Below are positions 12,623-25,230 of a stretch of 64,000 nucleotides of DNA, one piece after another (positions within the stretch are counted from its first letter, which is position 1; every line of letters begins with the position of its first letter). Source of the DNA: Felis catus (taxonomy: Eukaryota); the NCBI RefSeq assembly GCF_018350175.1, contig NC_058368.1:44208001-44272000 (forward strand), given 5' to 3'. The position numbers and the translations under genes were made by a program. The notes under the pieces were generated by a model, which had not been told where the DNA came from, ran no database searches, and saw nothing but the letters and a program-made list of their open reading frames with translations.

Positions 12623-13745
12623 ATGATGAAACGGAAGAATTCCCCTCAAAAAACGTCCAGGATGGGTGCCTGGGTGGCTCCGTTGGTTGAGGGGCCACTT
12701 CAGCTCATGTCATGATCTCATGGTCTGTGAGTTAGAGTCCCGCATCCAGGCTCTGTGCTGACAGCTCAGAGCCTGGAGTCTGTTCAGATTCTGCATCTCC
12801 CTCTCTCTCTGACCCTCCCCCGTTCATGCTCTGTCTCTCTCTGTCTCAAAAAACTAAATAAACATTAAAAAAACTTAAAAAAAAAGTCCAGGAAATAACA
12901 ACAGCTAATGAACTGATCAAAAACAATTTAAACAATAAAACAAAAAGTGAATTTAGAATAATAGTTATAAAATTAATCGCTGGGCTTGAAAACAGTATAG
13001 AGGACAGCAGAGAATCTCTTGCTACAGAGATCAAGGGACTAAGGAACAGTCACGAGGAGCTAAAAAATGCTATCAATGAGCTGCAAAATAAACTGGAGAC
13101 AACCACGGCTCAGATTGAAGAGGCAGAGGAGAGAATAGGTGAACTGGAAGATAAAATTATGGAAAAGGAAGAAGCTGAGAAAAAGAGAGATAAAAAAATC
13201 CAGGAGTATGAGGGGAAAATTAGAGAACTAAGTGATGCACTAAACAGAAATAATATACACATAATTGGTATTCCAGAGGAGGAAGAGAGAGAGAAAGGTG
13301 CTGAAGGTATACTTGAAGAAATAATAGCCGAGAACTTTCCTGATCTGGTGAAGGAAAAAGGCATTGAAATCCAAGAGGCACAGAGAACTCCCTTCAGACA
13401 TACCTTCAATCGATCTTCTGCATGACATATCATAGTGAAACTGGCAAAATACAAGGATAAAGAGAAAATTCTGAAAGCAGCTAGAGATAAACGTGCTCTA
13501 ACATATAAAGGGAGATCTATAAGACTCATGACCCATTCTCTACTGAAACTTGGCAGGCTAGAAAGGAATGGCAGGAGATCTTCAATGTGATGAACAGAAA
13601 AAATATGCAGCCAAGAATCCTTTATCCAGCAAGTCTGTCATTTAGAATAGAAGGAGAGATAAAGGTCTTCCCAAACAAACAAAAACTGAAGGAATTCATC
13701 ACCACTAAACCAGCCCTACAAGAGATCCTAAGGGGGATCCTGTGA
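12623..13745 (+). pseudogene. L1 ORF1p, disrupted
   Basis: MMKRKNSPQKNVQE[SINE]ITTANELIK...IEEAEERIGELEDKIMEKEEAEKK...NIHIIGIPEEEE...KPALQEILRGIL*; SINE insertion, premature TGA at 13423-13425 and a frameshift near 13530. Confidence 0.95.
12663..12878 (+). mobile_element. SINEC inserted into L1 ORF1
   Basis: GGGTGCCTGGGTGGCTC head and A tail; TSD AAAAAACGTCCAGGA (12648-12662) / AAAAAAAGTCCAGGA (12879-12893). Confidence 0.95.
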
Positions 13746-13795
13746 GACAAAGTACAAGAGACATCGCTACAAGCATGAAACCTATGGACATCACA

Positions 13796-16700
13796 ATGAC
13801 TCTAAACCCATATCTTTCTATAATAACACTGAATGTAAATGGACTAAATGCCCCAACCAAAAGACATAGGGTATCAGAATGGATAGAAAAACAAGACCCA
13901 TCTATTTGCTGTCTAGAAGAGACTCATTTTAGACCTGAGGACACCTTTAGATTGAGAGTGAGGGGATGGAGGACTATTTATCATGCCACTGGAAGTCAAA
14001 AGAAAGCTAGAGTAGCCATACTTATATCAGACAAACTAGACTTTAAATTAAAGGCTGTAACAACAGATGAAGAAGAGCATTATATAATAATTACAGGGTC
14101 TATCCATCAGGAAGAGCTAACAATTATAAATGTCTATGCACCGAATACAGGAGCCCCCTAATATATAAAACAATTACTCACAAACATAAGTAACCTTATT
14201 GATAAGAATGTGGTAATTGCAGGGGACTTTACAGAAATGGATAGATCATCTAGACACACGGTCAATAAAGAAACAAGGGCCCTGAATGATACATTGGATC
14301 AGATGGACTTGACAGATATATTTAGAACTCTGCATCCCAAAGCAACAGAATATACTTTCTTCTCGAGTGCACATGGAACTTTCTCCAAGATAGATCACAT
14401 ACTGGGTCACAAAACAGCCCTTCATAAGTATACAAGAATTGAGATCATACCATGCATACTTTCAGACCACAATGCTATGAAGCTTGAAATCAACCACAGG
14501 AAAAAGTCTGGAAAACCTCCAAAAGCATGGAGGTTAAAGTACACCCTACTAAAGAATGAGTGCATCAACCAGGCAATTAGAGAAGAAATTTAAAAAAAAA
14601 TGGAAACAAATGAAAATGAAAATACAACAATCCAAACGCTTTGGGATGCAGCGAAGGCAGTCCTGAGAGGAAAATACATTGCAATCCAGCCTATCTCAAG
14701 AAATAAGAAAAAAATCCCAAATACAGAATCTAACAGCACACCTAAAGGAAACAGAAGCAGAACAGCAAAGGAAGCCTAAACCCAGCAGAAGAAGAGAAAT
14801 AATAAAGATCAGAGCAGAAATAAACAATATAGAATCTAAAAAACTGTAGAGCAGATCAACAAAACCAAGAGTTGGTTTTTTGAAAAAATAAACAAAATTG
14901 ATAAACCTCTAGCTGGCTTCTCAAAAAGAAAAGGGAGATGACCCAAATAGATAAAATCATGAATGAAAATGGAATTATTACAACCAATCCCTCAGAGATA
15001 CAAGCAATTATCAGGGAGTACTATGAAAAATTATATGCCAATAAACTGGGCAACCTGGAAGAAATGGACAAATTCCTAAACACCCACACGTTTCCAAAAC
15101 TCAATCAGGAGGAAATAGAAAGCTTGAACAGACCCATAACCCGTGAAGAAATTGAATCAGTCATCAAAAATCTCCCAACAAGAGTCCAGGACCAGATGGC
15201 TTCCCAGGGGAGTTCTACCAGACGTTTAAAGCAGAGATAATACCTATCCTTCTCAAGCTATTCCAAGAAATAGAAAGGGAAGGAAAACGTCCAGACTCAT
15301 TCTATGAAGCCAGTATTACTTTGATTCCCAAACCAGACAGAGACCCAGTAAAAAAAGAGAACTACAGGCCAATATCCCTGATGAATATGGATGCAAAAAT
15401 TCTCAATAAGATACTAGCAAATCGAATTCAACAGCATATAAAAAGAATTATTCACCATGATCAAGTGAGATTCATTCCTGAGATGCAGGGCTGGTTCAAC
15501 ATTCACAAATCAATCAACGTGATACATCACATTAATAAAAGAAAAGATAAGAGCCATATGATCCTGTCAATCGATGCAGAAAGGCCTTTGACAAAATTCA
15601 GCACCCTTTCTTAATAAAAACCCTTGAGAAAGTCGGGATAGAAGGAACATACTTAAAGATCATAAAAGCCATTTATGAAAAGCCCACAGCTAACATCATC
15701 CTCAATGGGGAAAAACTGAGAGCTTTTTCCCTGAGATCAGGAACACGACAGGGATGCCCACTCTCACCGCTGTTGTTTTACATAGTGTTGGAAGTTCTAG
15801 CATCAGCAATCAGACAACAAAAGGAAATCAAAGGCATAAAAATTGGCAAAGATGAAGTCAAGCTTTCACTTTTTGCAGATGACATGATATTATACATGGA
15901 AAATCCGATAGACTCCACCAAAAGTCTGCTAAAACTGATACATGAATTCAGCAAAGTTGCAGGATACAAAATCAATGTACAGAAATCACTTGCATTCTTA
16001 TACACTAACAATGAAGCAACAGAAAGACAAATAAAGAAACTGATCCCATTCACAATTGCACCAAGAAGCATAAAATACCTAGGAATAAATCTAACCAAAG
16101 ATGTAAAAGATCTGTATGCTGAAAACTATAGAAAGCTTATGACGATAATTGAAGAAGATATAAAGAAATGGAAAAACATTCCATGCTCTGGATTTGGAAG
16201 AATAAATATTGTCAAAATGTCAATACTACCCAAAGCTATCTACACATTCAATGCAATCCCAATCAAAATTGCACCAGCATTCTTCTTGAAACTAGAACAA
16301 GCAATCCTAAAATTCATATGGAACCACAAAAGGCCCCAAATAGCCAAAGTAATTTTGAACAAGAAGACCAAAGCAGGAGGCAACACAATCCCACTTTAGC
16401 CTCTACTACAAAGCTGTCATCATCAAGACAGCATGGTATTGGCACAAAAACAGACACATAGACCAATGGAATAGAATAGAAACCCCAGAACGAGGCCCAC
16501 AAAGTATGGCCAACTCATCTTTGACAAAACAGGAAAGAACATCCAATGGAAAAAAGACAGTCTCTTTAACAAATGGTGCTGGGAGAACTGGACAGCAACA
16601 TGCAGAAGGTTGAAACTAGACCACTTTCTCACACCATTCACAAAAATAAAACTCAAAATGGATAAAGGACCTGAATGTGAGACAGGAAACCATCAAAACC

Positions 16701-17600
16701 CTAGCGGAGAAAGCAGGAAAAGACCTCTCTGACCTCAGTCGTAGCAATTTCTTACTTGACACATCCCCAAAGGCAAGGGAATTAAAAGCAAAAATGAACT
16801 AATGGGACCTTATGAAGATAAACAGCTTCTGCACAGCAAAGGAAACAATCAACAAAACTAAAAGGCAACCAACGGAATGGGAAAAGATATTTGCAAATGA
16901 CATATCAGACAAAGGGCTAGTATCCAAAATCTATAAAGAGCTCACCAAACTCCACACCTGAAAAACAAATAATCCAGTGAAGAAATGGGCAGACAACATG
17001 AATAGACACTTCTCTAAAGAAGACATCCGGATGGCCAACAGGCACATGAAAAGATGCTCAACGTCGCTCCTCACCAGGGAAATACAAATCAAAACCACAC
17101 ACAGATATCACCTCACGCCAGTCAGAGTGGCCAAAATGAACACATCAGGAGACTATAGATGCTGGCGAGGATGTGGAGAAACGGGAACCCTCTTGCACTG
17201 TTGGTGGGAATGCAAATTGGTGCAGCCGCTCTGGAAAGCAGTGTGGAGGTTCCTCAGAAAATTAAAAATAGACCTACCCTATGACCCAGCAGTAGCACTG
17301 CTAGGAATTTACCCAAGGGATACAGGAGTACTGAGGCATAGGGGCACTTGTACCCCCATGTTTATAGCAGCACTCTCAACAATAGCCAAATTGTGGAAAG
17401 AGCCTAAATGTCCATCAACTGATGAATGGATAAAGAAATTGTGGTTTATATACACAATGGAGTACTATGTGGCAATGAGAAAGAATGAAATATGGCCCTT
17501 TGTAGCAACATGGATGGAACTGGAGAGTGTGATGCTAAGTGAAATAAGCCATACAGAGAAAGACAGATACCATATGTTTTCAATCTTATGGGGATCCTGA
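13796..17600 (+). pseudogene. L1 ORF2p (endonuclease / reverse transcriptase / CCHC), fragmented
   Basis: MTLNPYLSIITLNVNGLN (EN), [21 protein letters not shown] (FADD 15872-15883), [25 protein letters not shown]; broken into several ORFs by stops and frameshifts. Confidence 0.97.
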
Positions 17601-17911
17601 GAAACTTAACAGAAACCATGGGGGAGGGGAAGGAAAAAAAAAGAGGTTAGAGTGGGAGAGAGCCAAAGCATAAGAGACTCTTAAAAACTGAGAACAAACT
17701 GAGGGTTGATGGGGGTTGGGAGGGAGGAGAGGGTAGGTGATGGGTATTGAGGAGGGCACCTTTTGGGATGAGCACTGGGTGTTGTATGGAAACCAATTTG
17801 ACACTAAACTTTATATATTGAAAAAAAACCAAAATCTAGTATTCATACCTGACACTTCTCTTTCTTTATATTTGATATCTACTCATTATACCATTCCTGT
17901 TGGCTTGACCC

Positions 17912-17914
<3 letters not shown>

Positions 17915-17958
<44 letters not shown>
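17915..17958. repeat. (GT)n microsatellite
   Basis: About 22 uninterrupted GT units. Confidence 0.98.
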
Positions 17959-17960
<2 letters not shown>

Positions 17961-18559
17961 CCTAGTTAATCCTCAAGAACTTGGTAGCTAGTTCTAACCA
18001 CAATAATCTTCCACCTGGACTACTGAAATTGCCTTTGATTAGTCTCCTTACTTCCACACTAGTAACCCCTCACACTCAGAAATTGGAGATATTTTTGATA
18101 CATGAATATAAACCACACCCCTATTCAAAATCCTTTTATTCCTTTGCCATATGCATAGAAAAAAAATTGAACTCTTCTGTCTTTTCTGTCCTGGCCCTAA
18201 ATGATCTAAAAACTCTTTTCATAACTCACCTCACCTCTGGCCATTTTCCCCTTGGTCCTTTCATTCCAGGACACTGGCCGGAAGTTAGAGAGACGGTTAG
18301 TATTCCTTAGTTCAATTCCCTACCTAGTTGTGTGAAATTAAATATGCTGTTTAATCTAAAAATTTGGACACATATTTTGTTTTATAACATAGAGGCCTTT
18401 TAACATATCATTTCTAAACTTATCTATAATGGATGAGCAGTTTGCTTAAATCTATCAAGAAAGATTGCAGATCCTCAAATGAAGAAATGGGACACGTTAG
18501 GGTTTCTTTTTGGTAGCATTTGCTTCCTTTCAGTATTCCATCAATAGCCAGTGTTAATG

Positions 18560-18673
18560 ACACTTGTTGCAATAAGCACTGGGTATTATATGTAAGTGAT
18601 GAATCACTAAAATCGACTCCTGAAACCAATATTACACAATATATTAACTAACTAGAATTTAAATAACTTAAAA
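18560..18673 (+). mobile_element. Short 3'-terminal fragment of a carnivore L1
   Basis: CACTTGTTG...AGCACTGGGT...GTAAGTGATGAATCACTAAA...CTCCTGAAACCAATATTACAC...AACTAACTAGAATTTAAATAA, the typical carnivore L1 3' end. Confidence 0.85.
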
Positions 18674-18839
18674 AATGATCAGAATTAATGACTTGCAAAG
18701 AGGCAAAGTGTTTTATCTGTGTTATATATCACATGAACATGTACCATGTATCTGTATCCCTATATATCTGTATTCTTCTTGGGTGGTTGAATATGTGCAA
18801 GTTTAGTATGAGATGAATCTGTGAAGAAAAGACATTTTA

Positions 18840-19071
18840 TTTATTTATTTATTTTTTAATTTTTTTTTCAACGTTTATTTATTTTTGGGACAGAGAGAGA
18901 CAGAGCATGAACGGGGGAGGGGCAGAGAGAGAGGGAGACACAGAATCGGAAACAGGCTCCAGGCTCCGAGCCATCAGCCCAGAGCCTGACGCGGGGCTCG
19001 AACTCACGGACCGCAAGATCATGACCTGGCTGAAGTCGGACGCTTAACCGACTGCGCTACCCAGGCGCCCC
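18840..19071 (-). mobile_element. Young felid SINEC_Fc-type SINE
   Basis: Near-identical to the 9627 copy; TSD AAGAAAAGACATTTTA (18824-18839) / AAGCAAAGACATTTTA (19072-19087). Confidence 0.97.
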
Positions 19072-20649
19072 AAGCAAAGACATTTTAACTAGGTGTAGCA
19101 TCTTGATGAAAATTTTTGCAAAGCTAAGAGTATCTGGAGGTGTTCCTTTCTGTTCTTTTTTCCCTTTACTCTCCACTTTTCTTTTTTTCTTTTCTTTTTC
19201 TAGCCTTCAACTTTAATTCCTAACTCTATTCTCAAATCCCCTCAGATATGCATGCTACCTCACATTTGGTTATTTTAAAATATAACAGCTCTAACTTTCA
19301 GAAACAACCAAAGTTATTCTGTACCCAAAGCTTTGCGTTTATATTTTTGTGTGGGCTTCTTAATATCACTTTTATTCTTTCTTTTAATTTTTGTTGCTGC
19401 TGTTGTTGTCGAAATATTTACTTGAGGATTTGGCTTTCAATTAAGGCTTCTGATTAGCTAATCATGCTGATTAGGGATAATCTCTTTCCAATATTCTCTC
19501 ATGTAAACATAGAGTAAAAATTCTCTTTTCCAATTCATTTTTTATTTACTTAAGTCTTATTTCTTAAGATAAGCTCCATTTTCTTACTTCTTATTATGTG
19601 ATTGAATAAGTCAGCTCTTCAAACAAAAGTTAAATTTTAACTCATTTCACTTTTGGTAAAGTTGCCTAGCAAGGTGACTCACACAGTAACTGCTTCTGGC
19701 TGAATAAGTGCCTTTCAATTTTTGTTTAGTGTATCACCTTTGTACAGTTTTCTAAGGGAAAAACAAAAACAAAAAGAAAGGCAAGGGAAAAATGTGATAG
19801 TCCCTTGAAAATTACAAAATTACAAAAAAAAGGTTTAAATGCTAGATTATTATTCATATATAAATGTGAACATTATCCATAATGCAGTATTTGTAAATTA
19901 TAAGTAAAATTTATATAATCATAAGTAATAATTAAATATTAATATTAATAATAATTATTCAGTAAAAATAGCTGCATTAATTTTTAATTCATCATGATAT
20001 TATATACTAAATTAGGAACCTTTTATAGAAATATTAAATATTAATCTAGGTAAAATATTTTCTCTGAAATAAATTTTATTCTAATTTTTTACAGACTTAC
20101 ATTTTGTTTCCTTCTTTCTATAACTATTAAACATTTTAAAGTTCTATACTACTCTTCCTGGTGCTATTCAAATTGTTTCTTTTACTAGAAAATTACACTT
20201 CTAACTTTTAAATATATGTATATTATAGGTTATAGATTATAGATACAAATATATACTTTTTTCTCTCAATACTTTTATAGCAACAATTTTTCTGACTGTT
20301 CACTAATAAAAGGGCTAAAAGTGTAGTTCCAGTTTGTATTGTCAATACAGGTATGATCATGTCAATGTTGTGTTTAGTTTTCTAGTCCTTTCTCATACAA
20401 CTTTCTGTGCCTTTTTTATCTCATCCACAATTTCTTTTTTGTATCTCTGTGCTCAAATCAAATAGAATTCTGAAAGAGAAATCTTTTCATACCCAGTTTT
20501 GATAAGTTGCTATAAATTTACAAAATAAAAAATATATTTATTTGTATACCAATTTTAACTGATTGGATCTTCTAAGAATATGCCACTACTTGTGAAGTTT
20601 CAAAGTATTACTAAATTATATCAAAGTACAAAGTAAAGTGTATTTTCAA

Positions 20650-20850
20650 GGTGCCTGGGTGGCTCAGTCGTTTAAGCATCCAACTCTTGATTTTGGCTCA
20701 AGTCATAATCTCACATTCGTTTTGTGATATTCAGCCCTATGTTGACAGCAAGGAGCCTGCTTGGGATTTTCTCTCTCCCTCTCTCGGCCCTTCCTCCATA
20801 TGCACTCTCTCACTCTTAAAATAAACAAATAAACACTACAAAAATATAAA
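20650..20850 (+). mobile_element. SINEC
   Basis: GGTGCCTGGGTGGCTCAGTCG head, CT-rich region, AATAAA tail. Confidence 0.9.
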
Positions 20851-20928
20851 ACTCATTTTCATGAAGTTGGAAAATTTGTAAAATATATTATTTCTAAATA
20901 TTCTAGTTCCAAAGTTTACCTACAAACA

Positions 20929-20946
20929 TTTTTTAAATGTTTATTT

Positions 20947-20991
<45 letters not shown>

Positions 20992-21163
20992 TGGACACAT
21001 GGACAAGCAGAGGAGGGGCAGAGAGAGAGACAGGGAGAGAGAGAATCCCAAGCAGGCCACGTGCTATCAGCACAGAGCCAGATGCCGACCTTCATCACAG
21101 GAACCATGAGATCATGACCTAAGCCAAAATCAAGAGTCAGTTGCTTAACTAACTGAGCCACCC
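20929..21163 (-). mobile_element. SINEC with long (GA)n
   Basis: TTTATTT tail, (GA)n and CTGAGCCACCC head end. Confidence 0.9.
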
Positions 21164-22439
21164 GGGGAGGGGGGGCAGGTGGAGTGGGGGTGGTTTCCTC
21201 TAAAACACTTCATAATAGCATAACACATAAATCCCACAGACATACTGTGAAATTGCAATATTAAGATAAAGGGGTGGAGGAAGCTAATTAATTTCTTTCC
21301 AAATGGTAATCACTCTGAAAATCAGAAATTTTGAATGTTTATAAAATATTTTTGACACTATTAATTTACAGTTGAAACTCCTAGGAGAAGTCTGACTACA
21401 TGTAAAGTATTTCCCTTTTACCTTCTTTCATATAGTAATGGTCAAAGTATATGAAAAGCCATCCCTGTGGACATTAAATACATGGATCCAACCAGAATGG
21501 GGCAAGACTAGCATTGTATCAGCTTTTGTGTGGAGGAGACAGAAGATGCAAGAGTGGGAGACATACCTGAGAAGAGAGGAATATAGGATTAGCCAGTAAA
21601 GACTCACCGGAAAGTGTAGCAGGCAAACTTACTTCTCTAATAGTGGGTTCCCTCCAATTACACATGAGTGAAACGGGCCATGGTAAGGTGTGAATGTGCT
21701 GAAAAAGTCTAAGTACTATGAACTGTCAAAATGAATCAGCAGCAGCTAATTTCCAGAGCACATTCCATATCCCACTATAAAAAAGTGCTGGAGACTGAAC
21801 CAAATATGATCCGTAAAGTTACAAAGAAGAGTAAAAAGAAAGAGCTGTGGGAGAGTGGAGAATATGAAAGAGCTAGGTGGTCTGAGAAAGGAAGAGACCA
21901 CAAATTTTATGAGTTATAAAAATTATAGCCAAAGAAGAAATGCTAATGCTATGACTCTATAAAGTGTTTTGAAACACATCCTTCCTTCCAAAAAACCCAG
22001 GAAAACCAATATCATATAAAAATGTGTAACAGAAAACGTTGTTATAAGATAAAATACAAATAACTTTTTTTGAACTTTCTTTTAGTTCATCTTTAATGAG
22101 CATGTTTTCCAGCATAAACAATAAAATAAAGAATGAGAACTAAAATAATATCTCAGAAAAAGAAACTATGCTGGAAAACACACCTGTAAATAGAAACAAA
22201 ACATAGGTTAGTATTTCAACATGAGCTAAAAGAAAGTTAAAAAAGTGAGAAAAAATCTAGAAAATCTACAAATAAGATATAAGAATGCAGGGGAAATTAG
22301 AAACACAGGAAACATATTTTACAAATAAAGATTAAAAGAAGTTTTCATGATTTTATAATCACACCCTTAGGTATCATTAAAATAAAGGCAAGACTGACAT
22401 CCAGGTAGTACAAGAAATTTATGTATTTTCTTTTCATTA

Positions 22440-23200
22440 TCTACATTTTATTATTAAAATAAAATCTATCATAAAACAATTGAAACAATTTTACAGTGAA
22501 CATTCATATTCTGTACATATAAGTTCTACAAGTAGAATTTTACTGATTATGACACAGAATCAATCTATCTATCTATCTAATCTATATCATCTATCCATCT
22601 CTGTATCAATCCATCAGTCCATCTTACTTTTCATTGGTTTAAAGGTAAGTTTTAGATATGGGTTGATTTCGACCCAAATCTTCAGCATGCATATCAATAA
22701 TCAGAGTTCAATAAGTGATTATGGTTCTTCTACTTTTCATTTCTACAATGAAATACACAAATCTTAAGAGTGCCTATTCACTGAGTGTTGAGAAATGCAT
22801 ACACTTTTGTAACTCAAGCCTTTAACAAGATATAGAACACTACCAGCACCCCTGAAAGTTCTCTATGCCTCTTCAATCAATCTCTGTTCCTCAAACCTCA
22901 GAAGCAACAGTTTGCAGTTACTTTTTTCTTTACCACAGATTAGCTTTGCCAATTCCAAGTACCATGTACTATCTACTGTTTTGTGCAAGTCTTATATCAC
23001 TCAATGTTATGTTTTCCTGATTTATCCATGTTGTTGCGTGTATGACAGTGTTCCTGTTTATCGTTGAGTAGTATTTTATTCTCAGAATATGTCATAGTTT
23101 GTGCAAGCATTGTAAACAAAACTGGCAGACATCTAGGTTGTTTCTGGATTTTGACTATTATAAATAAGGTAACTATGATTATTATACAAGCAGCCTTGGG

Positions 23201-23239
<39 letters not shown>

Positions 23240-23400
23240 TATTTACTTCTTTTGGATAACAATATAATAGTGAAGTTAGTGGGTCATAGAGGAGGTATAT
23301 GTTAACTTTATAATAAATTGGCACAATTTCCCCAAATTTTTGTGTCATTTAACATTTTCAACATCAATTTATAAGAGTTTCAGTTGTTCCACATCCTTCA
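22440..23400 (-). mobile_element. Ancient L1 (L1ME-like) 3' end containing (TCTA)n-like and (TG)n repeats
   Basis: CAAGATATAGAACAC...CCCCTGAAAGTTCTCT, ATCCATGTTGTTGCGTG, GACATCTAGGTTGTTTC and TTCAGTTGTTCCACATCCTT match the reverse of old L1 3' ends. Confidence 0.8.
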
Positions 23401-24996
23401 ATGCGTGTATAAACAAAAAAAAAAACAAACCTCAAAATGTTAAATTCTGAACTCAAAAGTGGAATGAAGATTAGCTCACTAAGGCTGGTGGGGAAGCAAT
23501 TATTTTATAGCCCCAGTGTCCATTCCTGATTTTATTATCATTAATCTTCTATTACTTCTTGAGCTGTACACGCAAACAAATGTTTTTACCAATAAATGAC
23601 TGAGGAAGAAGTAGTTAATTTGGTGGGGAAAAGGCTGAAAACAAAATGTTATTTTTAATCAAAATTCTTTCTGACAGTAATGACGGCACTACGTGTTTAC
23701 CCCTTTACACCTCGACTTCAAGCCATTCTATCAAATTGTATCATTAAAACTTCAGGAATGACGTTAGTTTTACCATGTACCTTGTAACAGGCAGTTTCAT
23801 TCTTACTTGTGTGTGGCTGTATTATTTCATGGAATCTGTGTGTCCCACTTGTAAGTGGGAGAAATCTGCTAAAATCCTTCTTGAAATAAAGTTGCTACTG
23901 TCAACTTTGACAGCTTGCATTGTTAATTGTGGCTGCCAGCTTTCGTGCAGTATAAATGTTCACCTCCATGGAACATTAAATGGACCATTAGTAAAATTCC
24001 TGAGAATTTGAGTTATAGTAAATGTGTCATATTCATTTTGTCATGAATTGTAGTAGGATTAAACTGTCACAAAGATTATTTTTAACTGAGTAAAATCTAT
24101 ACTCGGCAGAATAAGAATAGCTTATTTTTTTAAGTGGACTACCATGCAATGAAAGAACAAATATGCAATGAAACTTCCCAAGGGAGCCATTAACTTTTTA
24201 CATTATGTAGTCACACCATAGGTGGTTAGCTGCATTCACTATAGGGTGGCATCACACAGATAAATTAACACTATGTAGAGAAGTCCCCCACTGAGGGTCA
24301 AATATGTTATTTAACTCCAAACCCAGATGAACTGACCTGTTATGTGTTAAAATAAAAGTGCTAAAAGCTCAGTGCAACAAATCAGTACTGAAAAAAATCA
24401 ATTTTTTTCGTTGACTGAAGAAAATGACTTTAAATTGTAAATTATCATTAAACGAAACTCATTGTCAGTCACTTAAGTATTCTGGATTCAATATTAAATG
24501 TTACAAATAAATTACTGTAAACTCTTGAAAGTTACAAAAGTGATTCAAACATACTTCAAAAAGTAGGTCTTAAAAAGAGATGTCAAATTTGTGGATAAAG
24601 CATCTATAATTTTTTATGCAATTACCTAGAAAACTCATTGTAGCTAATAAATCTATGCAGAAATCTTCAAATGATCAAATTAATTGCCAATATAATATTT
24701 TGCTAGATTCTGTGTAATATATACATTTATATTTATATATTAATATATGTAAACAAATAACCTTTCATACATGTATATGTAAAAAAGTAAATAAAATACT
24801 TCTTACTTTCTTACTCATTTGAAAAAAATTCTAAAATTCATTCATAATTTAAAAAATACAAATTAAAATTATGGAAACCTAGATTTTATTTAGTTGGCAA
24901 AACGGAATTAAGAACACTTAACTTTGGTGACCATATGGAAAAGTAGAAGTTATCATTAATTCCATGTGGCAATAAAAACTATTAAAAATTTTTGGA

Positions 24997-25230
24997 GGTG
25001 CACCTGGGTGGCTCAGTTGGTTAAGCATCTGACTTCAGCTCAGGTCATGATCTCCTGGTTCGTGAGTTTGATCCCTGGGTCCGGCTGTGCTGACAGCTCA
25101 GAGCCTGGAACCTGCTTTGGATTCTGTGTCTCCCTCTCTCCCTGCCCCTCCCCTCTTGCACTCTCTCTCTCTCTCAAAAATAAATAAAGATTTAAAGAGT
25201 TAAAATCAGTTTTTAAAAATTAAAAAAAAA
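24997..25230 (+). mobile_element. SINEC within an old L1 3' fragment
   Basis: CACCTGGGTGGCTCAGTTGGTTAAGC head, (CT)n, AATAAA; flanks resemble an L1ME 3' region. Confidence 0.9.

Larger units (their letters stand above)
11729..17829 (+). mobile_element. Full-length felid-type LINE-1, inactivated
   Basis: GC-rich 5'UTR starting GGGGATCTTGGGAAGATGGC, then ORF1, ORF2 (EN, RT with FADD, CCHC), G-rich 3'UTR and A tail; TSD CAAAACCTAGTATTCAT (11712-11728) / CAAAATCTAGTATTCAT (17830-17846), one mismatch. Confidence 0.98.
11240..18280 (+). mobile_element. L2 fragment split by the full-length L1 (pieces ~11240-11728 and ~17830-18280)
   Basis: Joining across the L1 TSD gives ...GAGTTAATGAAACCATCATC...AAAACCTAGTATTCATACCTGACACTTCTCTTTC..., which follows the L2 3' region consensus. 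Confidence 0.6.

Noticed and set aside
13742..17600. Long ORFs with EN, RT and zinc-knuckle motifs as a novel RT system
   Set aside because: They are fragments of ordinary LINE-1 ORF2, broken by stops and frameshifts.
21480..22350. Possible HAL1/old L1 5' relic (similar A-rich relics at ~3780-3980 and ~34100-35060)
   Set aside because: Too degraded to assign a family or boundaries by eye.
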